From: Nannocystales bacterium | Lineage (GTDB): Bacteria > Myxococcota_A > Polyangia > Nannocystales > Nannocystaceae | Assembly (NCBI GenBank): GCA_050633305.1 | Contig: JBOEGF010000023.1 | Location: 223,809 to 287,808, forward strand | DNA: 64,000 nt | Direction: 5' to 3' | Shown here: positions 38,720-49,297 of the stretch, in pieces | How positions within the stretch are numbered: position 1 is the first letter of the stretch | Layout of the letters: each line of letters begins with the position of its first letter | Made by a program: the position numbers and the translations under genes | Notes under the pieces: model-generated | Told to the model about the DNA's origin: nothing | The model's database searches: none | The model's input: the letters and a program-made list of their open reading frames with translations, nothing else

Positions 38720-41290
38720 TTGGCCGGGACGCCCCCACTACGGGACCGCTGGATCGACTGGGTCCTCAGGCGGCACCGCGCGATTCTCGTTGTCGCGACG
38801 CTCATCACCGCGCTCGCGGCGATCGTCGCGGCAAAGCTGCAAGTCGACAGCGATCTGCGTCGGTTGCTCCCGCGCGACCACGAAGTCGTCATCGCGCTTG
38901 AAGAGATCGAGGAAACCTTCGGCAGCACGGGAAGTGTGAACGTCGTGGTCAAGGGCGGCGCCGACGCTCGCCGCGCCTACAGCGACGCGCTCGCACAACA
39001 CCTTCGAGGACACGCGCTTCTCAAGGACGTCGACTACCGACTCCCCAGCGACTTCTTCCTCGACCACGCGCTGTACTACCTCTCGGACGAAGAGCTCGAC
39101 GAGCTTCGCGAGCTCATCGACGCCTGGCTGCACGCCGAAACGTGCGCCGCCGACCCGGATCTCTGCCTGACCAAGGCTGATGAGGGCGCGAAGGAAGATC
39201 TCGAGAAGTTCATCGAAGCCAAGCGCACGGAGTCGCTGGCGCGTACGGGCTTTGAAGACCTGTACGAGCGCGAAGGCATCGACGCCAACGTCATCCTGCT
39301 GAGGCCGACGCAGCCCGCATCCAGCCTCGCATTTTGCAAACAGATCACCGACGAGATGCGGGCTGCGGCGGACGAGGTGCTCCACCGCGACGACGCGCCG
39401 TGGGCCGACGCTGTCACGGTCAACCTCGTGGGTCCCTACACCAACAAGGCCGACGAACACGCGATCGTGCAGCGCGACACCATCCGCGCCGGGGCAGCCG
39501 CACTCTTCGGTGTGATGCTGGTCCTGTACGCGCTGTTCCGCTCCGCGCGCGCGGTCCTGATTCTCCTCGTTCCTCTGACCTTCGGCGTCGTGTGGTCGCT
39601 CGCCGCGACCTACGTGATCATCGGCGACCTCAACGTCATGACATCGATGATCTCGACCGTCGTGATGGGAGCGGGGATCGACGCGGGCATCCACTTCTTC
39701 TTGCGCGCTCGGAAGGAGCGGCGAGACCACGACAACGACGAGGCGATCCGGCTCGCATTCCGCAACCTGGTCGTCCCGTTGTTGGTCGCCTCGAGCACCA
39801 CCGTTGGCGCCTTTACGATCATGGCGACGTCCGAGTTCCCGGCGTTTGCCGAGTTCGGCGTCATCTCGGCGATGGGCGTCGCCCTTTGTCTCGCGGCGAT
39901 GGTCACCGTGTTGCCGGCGTTGAGCTGCCTGGTGGGCATCAAGCGCGCCAAGCCGCCCCGACTCCGCCGAGGGATCTTCTCTGCGGTGCTCCTTGCCCGC
40001 CCCGGGGTGGTCCTCGGCATCCTGGGAGCGCTCACCGTCTTCTCCATCTACAAGTCGCCCGACGTCGGTTTTGCCTACAACGGGCGCGAGCTGCAGTCCG
40101 ACTCGTCGCGGCAGCAGTCCGAAGGCGACGTCGCGCTGATCTCGACCATCTTCGGCCGCGACATCCACGCGGGCATCCTGGTCCGCGACACCCTGGCAGA
40201 CACCCGGGCCACGCTCGACGAGGCTCGATCCGCCCGTGAAGCACGACTGGCCGACGGCAAGGAATCCGTCGTTGCCGAACTCTTCGGAGCACCCGACCTT
40301 CTGCCTCCTCCCGGCATCGATGCGAGCGACCGAGAGCAGAAGATCATCACGCTGCTCGAACCCTCCACCATCGAGTCCCTCGCGAAGTCGGCCGAGATCG
40401 ACGCGACCGACCTCCTCGCTCGGTCCCGCAAAGCCGCAGGCGACGACTTCGATGGAAGTGAGTGGGAGGAAAACGAGGATGAGGACGAGAACGGAGACGA
40501 CGACTGGGACGATGATGCACCCGCGGACAACCCAGACGGTTCGGCGCGGATCGACAAGGAGGATGCCGCCAACCTGATTCGCATGCTCTCCGCCCGTCCG
40601 TTCGGCATCGACGACCTTCCCACCGAGCTCCTGCATGCCGTGCGGACCGAGTCGGGCGCCTATGGCGTGTTCGCGTACCCCTCCTTCGACGCTGCAGACA
40701 TGCGCAAGGGCGTCGAGTTTCGCGAAGAGACGGTCACCTACCTCGAGACCGAGGACCTGTTCGTCGGCGAGACCACCGTCTATGCCGCGATGTACCTGAT
40801 GCTTCGAGAAGAAGCCCCGGTCGTCCTCGGCATGGCTGCCGCTCTCGTCGCGCTGCTCGTGTACTGGCAGGTCCGGTCCGCTCGCCAAGCCATCCTCACA
40901 CTGCTGCCGCTGGCGCTGGCGCTGCTGTGGCTCGTGGGGGTGATGGCGACCATCGGCCTCGAGTTCACGCTGTTCAACCTCCCCATCCTCCCGGCCATTC
41001 TGGGGATCGGTGTCGACAATGGGGTCTACCTGACCGACAAGATCCGCCGCACCAAGGGCGAGACCGACGGCCTGCTGAACTCGCTGATGGAGACCGGCAG
41101 CGCCATCATGGCCGCGATGGCGACAACCGCGATCGGCTTCGCGGCGTTCATGGTCGCCGACTCGGCCGGGGTTCGAGGCATTGGCGCGGTCGCGGTGTTG
41201 GGCATCGTGCTGGCGGCACTCGGAGCGACGCTGGTGCTGCCCTCGCTGTCGGGCATCGCCAGCGCCTGGGCCAGCAAGCGTCGCTCGTAA
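38720..41290 (+). CDS. MMPL/RND family transporter
   Basis: Duplicated TM bundles with GAGIDAGIH and GIGVDNGVY; two large periplasmic loops. Confidence 0.9.
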   Translation: MAGTPPLRDRWIDWVLRRHRAILVVATLITALAAIVAAKLQVDSDLRRLLPRDHEVVIALEEIEETFGSTGSVNVVVKGGADARRAYSDALAQHLRGHALLKDVDYRLPSDFFLDHALYYLSDEELDELRELIDAWLHAETCAADPDLCLTKADEGAKEDLEKFIEAKRTESLARTGFEDLYEREGIDANVILLRPTQPASSLAFCKQITDEMRAAADEVLHRDDAPWADAVTVNLVGPYTNKADEHAIVQRDTIRAGAAALFGVMLVLYALFRSARAVLILLVPLTFGVVWSLAATYVIIGDLNVMTSMISTVVMGAGIDAGIHFFLRARKERRDHDNDEAIRLAFRNLVVPLLVASSTTVGAFTIMATSEFPAFAEFGVISAMGVALCLAAMVTVLPALSCLVGIKRAKPPRLRRGIFSAVLLARPGVVLGILGALTVFSIYKSPDVGFAYNGRELQSDSSRQQSEGDVALISTIFGRDIHAGILVRDTLADTRATLDEARSAREARLADGKESVVAELFGAPDLLPPPGIDASDREQKIITLLEPSTIESLAKSAEIDATDLLARSRKAAGDDFDGSEWEENEDEDENGDDDWDDDAPADNPDGSARIDKEDAANLIRMLSARPFGIDDLPTELLHAVRTESGAYGVFAYPSFDAADMRKGVEFREETVTYLETEDLFVGETTVYAAMYLMLREEAPVVLGMAAALVALLVYWQVRSARQAILTLLPLALALLWLVGVMATIGLEFTLFNLPILPAILGIGVDNGVYLTDKIRRTKGETDGLLNSLMETGSAIMAAMATTAIGFAAFMVADSAGVRGIGAVAVLGIVLAALGATLVLPSLSGIASAWASKRRS

Positions 41291-41300
41291 CGGCGGCACG

Positions 41301-41336
41301 AAAAAGCGGCCGCCCCTGCAGAGGGGAGCCGCTCTT
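41301..41336. terminator. Probable intrinsic terminator between convergent genes
   Basis: AAAAAGCGGC.GCCCCT-GCAG-AGGGGAGCCGCT imperfect stem, giving a U-tract on the minus strand. Confidence 0.65.
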
Positions 41337-41358
41337 GAAGTCCGAGCCGTGCTGAGTC

Positions 41359-42762
41359 TCAGCGTCGGCGGCGAGCTCGCAGCCCGGCGCCAAACATCAC
41401 GCCCATGAGCACGATGCCCCAACGGTTGCCGCCCGAGCCGTCCGCCGTGCAGGCGCAGCCCTCGTCGTTCTCCTGATCCAAGCCGTAGCCGGGAGGAAGA
41501 CCGCTGCCGCCGGAGTCGGGCAGGACACCGCCGTCCTCGCCCCCCTCTCCGCCGCCGCCTTCGCCAGCAGTATCGCTGCCGCCCCCGCCACCGCTGTCGC
41601 TGTCATCTCCGCCGTCGCTGTCGCTGTCGCCAGCACTGTCCTCACCCGTGGGTGCGGGGGGCTCACCGTTGGCGCTGACGTGGATCGTGATCGTCTCGCT
41701 GACCGTGACGTTGCCCGCGGCGTCCTCGGCCTCGATGTACATGTCGTACGTGCCCTCAGGGGTGTTCTCCGCGGGAAACGGACCGAATGGAGACGAGGCG
41801 TCGGAGCTTAGAGAGCTTCCGTTGGCGAACAAGGAGACGTTGGTGACGGACTGGTCGTCACTGACGTCGACCTCGATAGGGAACGTTGCGCCGACCGGGA
41901 ACGTCGCGCCATCTGCAGGCGAGATGATCGCCGCGAACGGGGCCTGTGTATCCGGTACACCCGCGCCAAACATGTTGAGGATGTGTTGGTGCGAGTTCTG
42001 CGTACTGCCCCCGCAGTCGCAGGAGCGCGGCGAATACTCGCCGCACTGCGTGTTCTGGTCCCGGAACTCCTTCGGCCAACACGAGCCCTCGTCGCTCCAT
42101 GGACTGTTGAGGTAGGTCATCGGATCGTTGCAGGAGAGCAGGTGCTCGAGGCCCCACGCGTGCGCAGCCTCCTGCCCAACCGTTGCAACCATCTGATCGA
42201 CGTCCCCACCGTAGACCGCCGCGAACGTGAACGTAATCGCGTTGGGAATCTGGCCGCACGTGAACGGGGCGACACCACCCACACCGTTGGGCATGCCAAT
42301 GACGCCGGGCGTTCCGCAAACGATGGCCTCATCGTGAGGCGCCGGGGAAGGGTCCTGATCGGTGATGGTGATGGCGTACGGCTCGAACAGGGTCTGGGTC
42401 TTCGAGACCAACTCGTTCCAGCTCGCATCGCCGTAGGGGTACTCGGGGAAAGTGCCACCCCCAACCGTCGACTGGTTGTTGACCGAGTCGTTCTGTCCAC
42501 CGCCGGAGATCGTCAGACCGCCCTGGCAGCGGTTGAGATACAGGATGTGGTTGCCGCCAAACTGGACGTCCGGAATCTCCGGGGCCGGTTCTGTTTCCTC
42601 CAACTGGTCTAGCTGATCATTCGTCAGCCAGACGTAGGCCCCCCGTGGCGGGCCCTCGTTCCAGGAGGGATCAGGATTCTCGAGGTTTAGTCCCCCGGCG
42701 TTCGCGGTCGCTGGTAGGGCGAACGCTCCGAGGACAACAGCTATCCGGACTTTCTTGTGCAT
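41359..42762 (-). CDS. Metzincin-like domain + Ig-like domain + MYXO-CTERM protein
   Basis: QEAAHAWGLEH...DPMTY; DTQAP..IISPADGATF Ig repeat; GCAC...RARRRR. Confidence 0.82.
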   Translation of the reverse strand: MHKKVRIAVVLGAFALPATANAGGLNLENPDPSWNEGPPRGAYVWLTNDQLDQLEETEPAPEIPDVQFGGNHILYLNRCQGGLTISGGGQNDSVNNQSTVGGGTFPEYPYGDASWNELVSKTQTLFEPYAITITDQDPSPAPHDEAIVCGTPGVIGMPNGVGGVAPFTCGQIPNAITFTFAAVYGGDVDQMVATVGQEAAHAWGLEHLLSCNDPMTYLNSPWSDEGSCWPKEFRDQNTQCGEYSPRSCDCGGSTQNSHQHILNMFGAGVPDTQAPFAAIISPADGATFPVGATFPIEVDVSDDQSVTNVSLFANGSSLSSDASSPFGPFPAENTPEGTYDMYIEAEDAAGNVTVSETITIHVSANGEPPAPTGEDSAGDSDSDGGDDSDSGGGGGSDTAGEGGGGEGGEDGGVLPDSGGSGLPPGYGLDQENDEGCACTADGSGGNRWGIVLMGVMFGAGLRARRRR

Positions 42763-43334
42763 GGCTCCAACCCGTCTCGATCTCCACTTCCTATCCCCGC
42801 CGACAATCTACCGGAACGCGAGCGAACGCACGACCCTCTACACGGTCGAATCGGCAGGTTTGCAAGGTTCGTTTCGCGCTCCACGACACAAAAAGATCGC
42901 GATTCACCGGATCTCTAAGCGCATCGTACGCGGTTTCGAACATGCGAAGTCGATCAACGGGCCTCGAGTTACGGTCAGTTTTTTCGAACGTTATCTCCCG
43001 CGTTGTGTCGCTCGGCTCCTGCATCGACCACCCGAACCGCGGATCGTCGAGGTGACTCGACGGACGCCCTTTCGGCCCGGATCTGAGAGCCGAGTTGCCA
43101 CCGCTTCGAGACCGCACGCACTCGTTTCGCCGCGCCGACTTGGCGACACGCGAGCGACGTTGCCCAACACGGGAAAGCGTTGCGCAATTGGAGCGGCGCC
43201 CCGTTTGCGCAACCGAAGTAAGTGACCGAAATCCCTCGCGCGCCACCCGGGGAACGCCCCTTGCTCCCCTCCTGAGCGAAGCCGCCTTCGAGCGGGACAA
43301 CAACCAATCTCAACGGAACACAAGGAAGCAAAAC

Positions 43335-43748
43335 ATGGGCGGCATCATCACCATTTGTGGCGGAATCCTGGCGGCATCGGCATTCATCATCGCGCGAAAG
43401 CCAAACGCGAAAGAGCTGATCGACAAGCTCACCCCGTACGAGGGCTGGATCGGGTCCCTGATGTTCTTCTGGGGCGTCTGGGAGATCATCGGTGCCGTCA
43501 CCAACCTGGGACTGCTGAGCGATGCCCCGCTGAACTGGATCTTCTGGACGCTCAGCGGCGTGGCAGACATCGCAGTCGGGTTCATCCTCGGATTCAAGCT
43601 CATCAGCAAGTGGGTCCTCAGCAAGAACGAGACCGCACTGGCCAAGGGTCAGGAGCTGCGACTGAAGCTCTCGAAGTTCCAAGTCCCGCTTGGCTTCTTC
43701 GCCATCGTCATGGGCGTCCTGTACACGGTCTGGGCCTTCGTCCTCTAA
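43335..43748 (+). CDS. Small conserved 4-TM membrane protein
   Basis: AAGGAAG RBS; hydrophobic helices; PNAKELIDKLTPYEGWIG. Confidence 0.8.
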   Translation: MGGIITICGGILAASAFIIARKPNAKELIDKLTPYEGWIGSLMFFWGVWEIIGAVTNLGLLSDAPLNWIFWTLSGVADIAVGFILGFKLISKWVLSKNETALAKGQELRLKLSKFQVPLGFFAIVMGVLYTVWAFVL

Positions 43749-43849
43749 ATCTCAACCACAACCGCGGGCCCACGTCGCCGACGGCAGCGTGGCCCCGCGG
43801 CCACGGATAGGGGGCAATCATGATACGACTTTGGCTCGGCGCAGCTCGA

Positions 43850-45217
43850 ATGGCAGATGAACCGATCGGACGAGAACACCCGACGATGGATCCCGGCTCC
43901 CTGTCGGTGGAGCTCGGCCGGTTCAAGCTTCTGGTCATCAGCGACCGCGACCCGGTCGCCCACTCGCTCCCGGACCGCGGACGGATCACCGTGGGGCGGT
44001 CCGAGACCGCGGACATCCAAGTCCCCGACCCCCTCATCTCCCGGGTCCATGCAGCGATCACGCTCGGCGAGACGCTGACCGTCCGCGACCTCGGCAGCTC
44101 CAACGGAACCGTCGTTCGCGGCGAAAAGATCGATCCCAACGTCGAAACCGCAGTCAACGTGGGAGAGACGATCGACTTCGGCTCCACCGTCGTCATCGTT
44201 CAACGCGAGGTCCTCGGTGGCCAACCCCCTCTGTCGGACGAGCAAGTCGAGGGCACGAGCGACTCGATGCGCCGGCTTCACCGCCTGGCTCGCCGCGTCG
44301 CCTCCAGCCGGATCAACGTCCTCCTCCTCGGCGAGACCGGCGTGGGCAAAGAGGTCATGGCCTCGACCCTTCACCGGATGTCCCCACGCGCCTCGTCGCC
44401 ATTCTTGGGCATCAACTGCGCCTCGCTCACCGACACGTTGTTCGAGAGCGAGCTGTTCGGCTACGAGAAGGGTGCCTTTACGGGGGCCGTCTCCGCCAAG
44501 CCGGGCCTGATCGAGGCCGCCCACACGGGAACCTTCTTCCTCGACGAGATCGGCGAAATGCCCCTGTCGGCGCAGGCAAAGCTCCTGCGCGTGTTGGAGC
44601 TCCGTGCCGTTCACCGGGTCGGCAGCATCAAACAGACCCCTGTCGACGTTCGGTTCGTTTCCGCGACCCACCGCAACTTGGCCGACGACGTCGCGGCGGG
44701 ACGGTTTCGCGAAGACCTGTTCTATCGACTCAACGGGATTTCCCTCGTCATCCCGCCGCTGCGGGAACGCACCGACGAGATTGTGCCGCTCGCCCGCACC
44801 TTCCTCGCCGAGGCCGCACGAGACGCGGGCTTTGGAGCGGTGCCTCTGTTGGCAGCCGAAGCCGTGGCCTGGATGCAGTCGTACCCGTGGCCCGGGAACA
44901 TCCGCGAACTCAAGAACGCGATCAACCGCGCGGTGCTGCTGTCCACGGGAGGTCTCGTCCTGACCGAACACCTCGCCGTCGGCAACACCTACACGCCAGG
45001 ACGAATCTCGGCGACGCCTGCCCCAGCATTCCCCGTGCCAGCGGCGGTCGCCTCCGTTTCGACGGGCGGGGACGGCGACGAACGTCAGCGCATCATCCAG
45101 GCACTTGCCGACTGCGGCGGCAACCAGACACGGGCCGCCAAGCAGCTGGGGATTTCCCGCCGAACGCTCAGCAGCCGGCTCAACCAGCTCAACATTCCCA
45201 GGCCCCGCAAGAAGTAG
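43850..45217 (+). CDS. FHA-domain sigma54-dependent enhancer-binding protein
   Basis: VGR...ISRVH...[37 protein letters not shown]; Fis-type HTH. Confidence 0.95.
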   Translation: MADEPIGREHPTMDPGSLSVELGRFKLLVISDRDPVAHSLPDRGRITVGRSETADIQVPDPLISRVHAAITLGETLTVRDLGSSNGTVVRGEKIDPNVETAVNVGETIDFGSTVVIVQREVLGGQPPLSDEQVEGTSDSMRRLHRLARRVASSRINVLLLGETGVGKEVMASTLHRMSPRASSPFLGINCASLTDTLFESELFGYEKGAFTGAVSAKPGLIEAAHTGTFFLDEIGEMPLSAQAKLLRVLELRAVHRVGSIKQTPVDVRFVSATHRNLADDVAAGRFREDLFYRLNGISLVIPPLRERTDEIVPLARTFLAEAARDAGFGAVPLLAAEAVAWMQSYPWPGNIRELKNAINRAVLLSTGGLVLTEHLAVGNTYTPGRISATPAPAFPVPAAVASVSTGGDGDERQRIIQALADCGGNQTRAAKQLGISRRTLSSRLNQLNIPRPRKK

Positions 45218-45232
45218 GACCTGGCCCGCCGC

Positions 45233-45616
45233 TCAGAACATCCCGTTGTCGTTCTTCGCCGACGGCGGCACGACCTGCAGGACATCCCAGTGCTCGACGA
45301 TGCGTCCGTCATCGTCAAACCGAAAGATGTCCATGCCCGCATAGTCCTCATCGCCGGGCCAGTGCTGGGCGCAGTGCAACACGACCAGGTCGCCTTCAGC
45401 CACGGAGCGCTTGACCTCAACGCGCTTGCCAGGAAACTCGTTCGCCATGCGCTCGAAGTACGAGACGAAGGCCTCCTTGCCATCCCCGACGTCGGGGTTG
45501 TGCTGGATGTACTCAGCGCCGACATAGCGCTCGACCGCCTCGGCGGGCCGGCACTGGTTGAACATGAGATCGTAGAAGGCGATCGCAGCAGTTCGGTTTT
45601 CGTTGGGATTGCTCAT
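45233..45616 (-). CDS. SnoaL/NTF2-like protein
   Basis: [11 protein letters not shown]...AEGDLVVLH...DIFRFD...IVEHWDV...NDNGMF. Confidence 0.93.
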   Translation of the reverse strand: MSNPNENRTAAIAFYDLMFNQCRPAEAVERYVGAEYIQHNPDVGDGKEAFVSYFERMANEFPGKRVEVKRSVAEGDLVVLHCAQHWPGDEDYAGMDIFRFDDDGRIVEHWDVLQVVPPSAKNDNGMF

Positions 45617-45629
45617 TTCGTTTGCTCCT

Positions 45630-46023
45630 TCACAGCATTCCGTTGGGGTGCATCATCCGCTTCGGGACCGACTCCCACACCACCCAGTGCTCGGAGATCC
45701 GACGCCCTCGAAGTTTGAAGAGGTCGTTGATGACGACGGCCCGCTCGCCCCGACGGCCGCGAGATTGGGCCAGGGCCCACTGCCCGCTTGCCACCACACG
45801 GACGAGCTGAGTGTGGACCAAGTCTCCGGGGACCGTCGGACACGCGGGGCTTGTGCTGGCGATAGTCGTCGGCGATCAGCGGTCGGATCACCTCCGGGCT
45901 CGCCCCGCCAATGCCCTCCTCGAGCAGGGAAACAGCCATGCTCTGGCCGGGGTCAGCTCGTTGAAGAGGAGCGGAGCACGACGCGAGAATGATCCCAAGC
46001 GCCAAGGTCCCGAATCGCGACAT
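45630..46023 (-). pseudogene. Frameshifted SnoaL/NTF2-like lipoprotein gene
   Basis: The N-terminal half (lipobox, YRQHKPRVSDG) and the C-terminal half (NDLFKL...ISEHWVV...HPNGML) are in different frames, switching near 45830. Confidence 0.75.
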
Positions 46024-46108
46024 GCCCGAACTGTGTCGGCAAGCGACGGGCGTCGCAAGCACACACACTGTTCTATCCAACCGAACAATCGTAACATGCT
46101 GTCGAACC

Positions 46109-47002
46109 GTGCTCTCGTCGCGAGACCAACACCTGCTCTTCGTCTTCGCAGCAGTCGTTCGCCACAAGAGCTTCACCGCGGCTGCCGAGGAACTCGAACT
46201 GACCAAGGGCGTGGTGAGTTCCCATGTTCGAACCCTCGAGGAGCGACTCGGGTCGAGGCTTCTCGAGCGCACCACCCGACGACAGCGGCTGACCCAACTC
46301 GGCGAGGAGGTCTATGCGACCGCAAGCAAGATGGTGGAGCTCAACGCCGAGCTTGGAGCCCTCGTCTCCGCGCAGCAACGCTCTCCGACCGGAACACTTC
46401 GCGTCGCCGCGCAAACCGACCTCGGCCGACGGTTCGTGACGCCCGTCCTCGCACAGATGTGTTCAGAACATCCAAGCCTCGACGTCGACGTGCACTTCGA
46501 AGACCGAGAGGTCGACATGTTCTCCTCAGCGATTGAAGTGGCCGTTCGCCTTGGCGTCCCCAAGGACTCGGACCTCATCGCGAAGAAGATCGCCGACGAC
46601 CAGGAACTGATCCTGGCTTCCCCCTCCCTCGCCAGCGCCTGGTCACACGCGGCGAAGCCATCGGAGCTGCAGGGTGCACCGTGGCTTGCCCACCGGGAGG
46701 TGCTGTCGAGTCGTGAAACCTACAGGACTCGCGACGGTGCTCGAAGTGACCTCAGCGTTGCACATCGCCGAGCCACAGCCTCGACCGTCACCACGCTCAT
46801 CGACCTCGCATGTGCGGGGGTCGGGTTCGTGGTGCTTCCCGGGCTTCTCGTGGACGCGGCGTTGCACGAGGGGACACTCGTCCGGGTCCTGCCCACATGG
46901 AGGCGTCGCAAGGTGGGTGTGTATGCCGTCCGCCCCTCCCGCCGACACACGCCCGCGAGGGTGACTGCGTTCATCGGGGCTCTCACCCGGGCGATGAGGT
47001 AA
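46109..47002 (+). CDS. LysR family transcriptional regulator
   Basis: FAAVVRHKSFTAAAEEL...LEERLGSRLLERTTR, PTGTLRV; divergent from the SnoaL genes. Confidence 0.94.
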   Translation: MLSSRDQHLLFVFAAVVRHKSFTAAAEELELTKGVVSSHVRTLEERLGSRLLERTTRRQRLTQLGEEVYATASKMVELNAELGALVSAQQRSPTGTLRVAAQTDLGRRFVTPVLAQMCSEHPSLDVDVHFEDREVDMFSSAIEVAVRLGVPKDSDLIAKKIADDQELILASPSLASAWSHAAKPSELQGAPWLAHREVLSSRETYRTRDGARSDLSVAHRRATASTVTTLIDLACAGVGFVVLPGLLVDAALHEGTLVRVLPTWRRRKVGVYAVRPSRRHTPARVTAFIGALTRAMR

Positions 47003-47026
47003 TGGGCGCGCTCCCCTCGACGTCGC

Positions 47027-47230
47027 TCAACTGGACTTCAGCCTATCTCCGTCGGGCAGAAGGTCGGGCTCGGGCATCGTCCCCTGATCCGCTGAGATAT
47101 ACCGCTGGCAGCGCTCGTAGCGACCGTTGCAGTACAGGGTCTGATAGACCGCCAGCACCGATTTGGAACTGAAGACGGGGTACATCGGGCAACGAGACTT
47201 GAACCGGCAACCTTCAGATTGACCCGACAC
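47027..47230 (-). CDS. Small 4-Cys hypothetical protein
   Basis: C-x5-CP...YC.G.Y..C.RY...PDLLPDG pattern; AAGG upstream. Confidence 0.7.
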   Translation of the reverse strand: MSGQSEGCRFKSRCPMYPVFSSKSVLAVYQTLYCNGRYERCQRYISADQGTMPEPDLLPDGDRLKSS

Positions 47231-47288
47231 TGGATACCTTCATAGATGGCCCGGAAGATGCGCGCAATCCCTCGGCCCAGATCGGATG

Positions 47289-48818
47289 TCAGCTGGGGAT
47301 GCAGACGGTGGATGTGCCCGTCCCATCGGGTCGAGATCGAGCCTCGCACACGTAGCCACTTCGGCAGTCGGTGGGGCCGCTGCACTTGATCACGCACTGC
47401 GGGCTCTGCGAGCCGAGGGCCACGCACAGCGTCCCAGGTCGACCGGACTGGTCCGGACACGTGCGCTCGCATGCCTGAGTGCACATGCCCCCGGGGAGCG
47501 ACGCATCACACTCGACCCCACCGCAGGCATCGTCACCGACATCTGCACAAGAGCCTCCGATCCACCCATCGGCGGGATGCGGTGGCGTCCAGTCAGGGTC
47601 GCACTGCGGGGCCATGTCCGGGTCCTGCACAGCCGGCGCGACCCCCCACTCCCCGAACAACCCAGTGATATGCGACCGCTCGCCGCCGAAGCCCCCCTCA
47701 CGGTCGATGGCGACCAGGTGACGTCCGCCGGAACGGTCGAGCACCATCGGAACATAGCGGGCACCGTACGGCACAACATCCCCGTTTCCCAGTCGCTTGA
47801 GGCCCAGGTAGAGCAGGATCGTGCTTCGACGCGCAAGCTGACTCTGGTTGCTGACGAAGTTCCCCAGCGAGTACACGACGAAGCCCTCCCGCCCGTCTTC
47901 GGTGACGTAGCGTTCCCAGGGCTGAAGGACATGAGGGTGAGCGCCGATGACCGCGACCGCCCCGGCCTCGATGAACGCGTGTGCCAGCCGGATGTCACGG
48001 TCCGCGGGGTTGTGCGTGTACTCGGTCCCCCAGTGCGGCGTCACCACAACGGCATCAACGCCTGGCTCCGACTTCAGCGCGGCAATCTGCGCGAGAATCT
48101 CGTCTTCGTCGTCGTAGCAGTTGCGAACCTGTCCCTCGTTGTCGGGGATGCCATTGGTTCCGTACGTGCACCCGATCCAGGCGAGGCGGAAGCCTCCGTC
48201 CTCGGTGTACGTGTGCCACGCGCCCGTCCCGTCGCTTCGCCGGGTACCCGTGAAGGGCAGACCGGCGGACTCGAGAGCTTCGATCGTACGATCGGCCCCA
48301 AGCGCACGGCGGTCCAAGCTGTGGTTGTTGGACGTCGACACCACATCGATGCCCGACTCGACCAAGTCGTTCGTGAGCGACGGATGGTAGTTGAACATCG
48401 GGTAGCTCGCGTAGACGGTGCCATCGAAGACCTTCCCGGGATCCGGCACATCCCGGCCGCCACTGTCGACCCCACGTGCGGTCGGACCCTCAAGGTTTGC
48501 GTACGAGACGTCCGCGGACGCGAGCAGGTCCGCCACATCGGACCACAGCGAGATGAACCCGTCGTCCGCATCGTAGGCTTGTCGTTGGAGCGGGCTGTGG
48601 AGCAGAACGTCCCCCACCGCCGCGATCGTCAGCGTCGCCCCAGGCTCACACGCTGCGTCGAACAACAGCGGGCCGCCGAGGACCACGTCATCGATGTCGT
48701 CGGCCTTGCCATCCGAACCACCGGCGGGCACCGCCGCGGCATCGGTCGAGCCGTCTCCGCCACAGGCACCAAGCACCAAGAGACCAAGAGCCCACGCGAG
48801 CTTCCCACTCTTCCCCAC
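47289..48818 (-). CDS. CapA family metallophosphatase-fold lipoprotein with Cys-rich C-terminus
   Basis: AVGDVLLH, ANLEG, SNNHSLD, PHWGTEY, GAHPHV, YSLGNF; lipobox and GKAD motif. Confidence 0.92.
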   Translation of the reverse strand: MGKSGKLAWALGLLVLGACGGDGSTDAAAVPAGGSDGKADDIDDVVLGGPLLFDAACEPGATLTIAAVGDVLLHSPLQRQAYDADDGFISLWSDVADLLASADVSYANLEGPTARGVDSGGRDVPDPGKVFDGTVYASYPMFNYHPSLTNDLVESGIDVVSTSNNHSLDRRALGADRTIEALESAGLPFTGTRRSDGTGAWHTYTEDGGFRLAWIGCTYGTNGIPDNEGQVRNCYDDEDEILAQIAALKSEPGVDAVVVTPHWGTEYTHNPADRDIRLAHAFIEAGAVAVIGAHPHVLQPWERYVTEDGREGFVVYSLGNFVSNQSQLARRSTILLYLGLKRLGNGDVVPYGARYVPMVLDRSGGRHLVAIDREGGFGGERSHITGLFGEWGVAPAVQDPDMAPQCDPDWTPPHPADGWIGGSCADVGDDACGGVECDASLPGGMCTQACERTCPDQSGRPGTLCVALGSQSPQCVIKCSGPTDCRSGYVCEARSRPDGTGTSTVCIPS

Positions 48819-48945
48819 GAACGGAGACTCGGATACCGCAGGACCTCGTTCAAGTGAGGATCGGTTCGTATTTCTCAACACGCTCCTGCCGGCCAAAGCC
48901 ATGCAGCCTACGGTGGACGCCCATGGTATCCCGTAGACTGGCCCG

Positions 48946-49266
48946 GTGAACCCGGACCTCGCGCGAACGCTACTGTCGAGTCACGCGGGACTGATGACGC
49001 TCCTAGGCGTCGCAACGTTCCTCGCCTACGGGGTCGACAAGCGTCGCGCCAAGAGTGCCAAGGGTCGCCGTGTTCCCGAGCGCACACTGCATCAGTTGTC
49101 CTGGTTCGGAGGCGTCGTGGGCGGATGGCTCGGCCGCCGAGTGTTCCGGCACAAGACGCGCAAGCGTGGATTCGCGGTCCGGCTGGTTCTCGCGACACTG
49201 CTGCACCTCACCATCGCGGGGACGCTGGCCTGGCTCGCATTGAGGACCATCCCCGTGGCCGGTTGA
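48946..49266 (+). CDS. DUF1294 domain membrane protein
   Basis: YGVDKRRA...RVPERTLH...FGG..G...FRHKTRK. Confidence 0.92.
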   Translation: MNPDLARTLLSSHAGLMTLLGVATFLAYGVDKRRAKSAKGRRVPERTLHQLSWFGGVVGGWLGRRVFRHKTRKRGFAVRLVLATLLHLTIAGTLAWLALRTIPVAG

Positions 49267-49297
49267 CACCAAAAAGCCCCGGCCGTAGTACCAGGCC

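Noticed and set aside
38738..41422. 894-aa antisense ORF, and similar long shadow ORFs such as 19266-21119, 1266-2642 and 47286-48857
   Set aside because: These are the expected stop-poor antisense frames of high-GC3 genes and carry no recognisable motifs.
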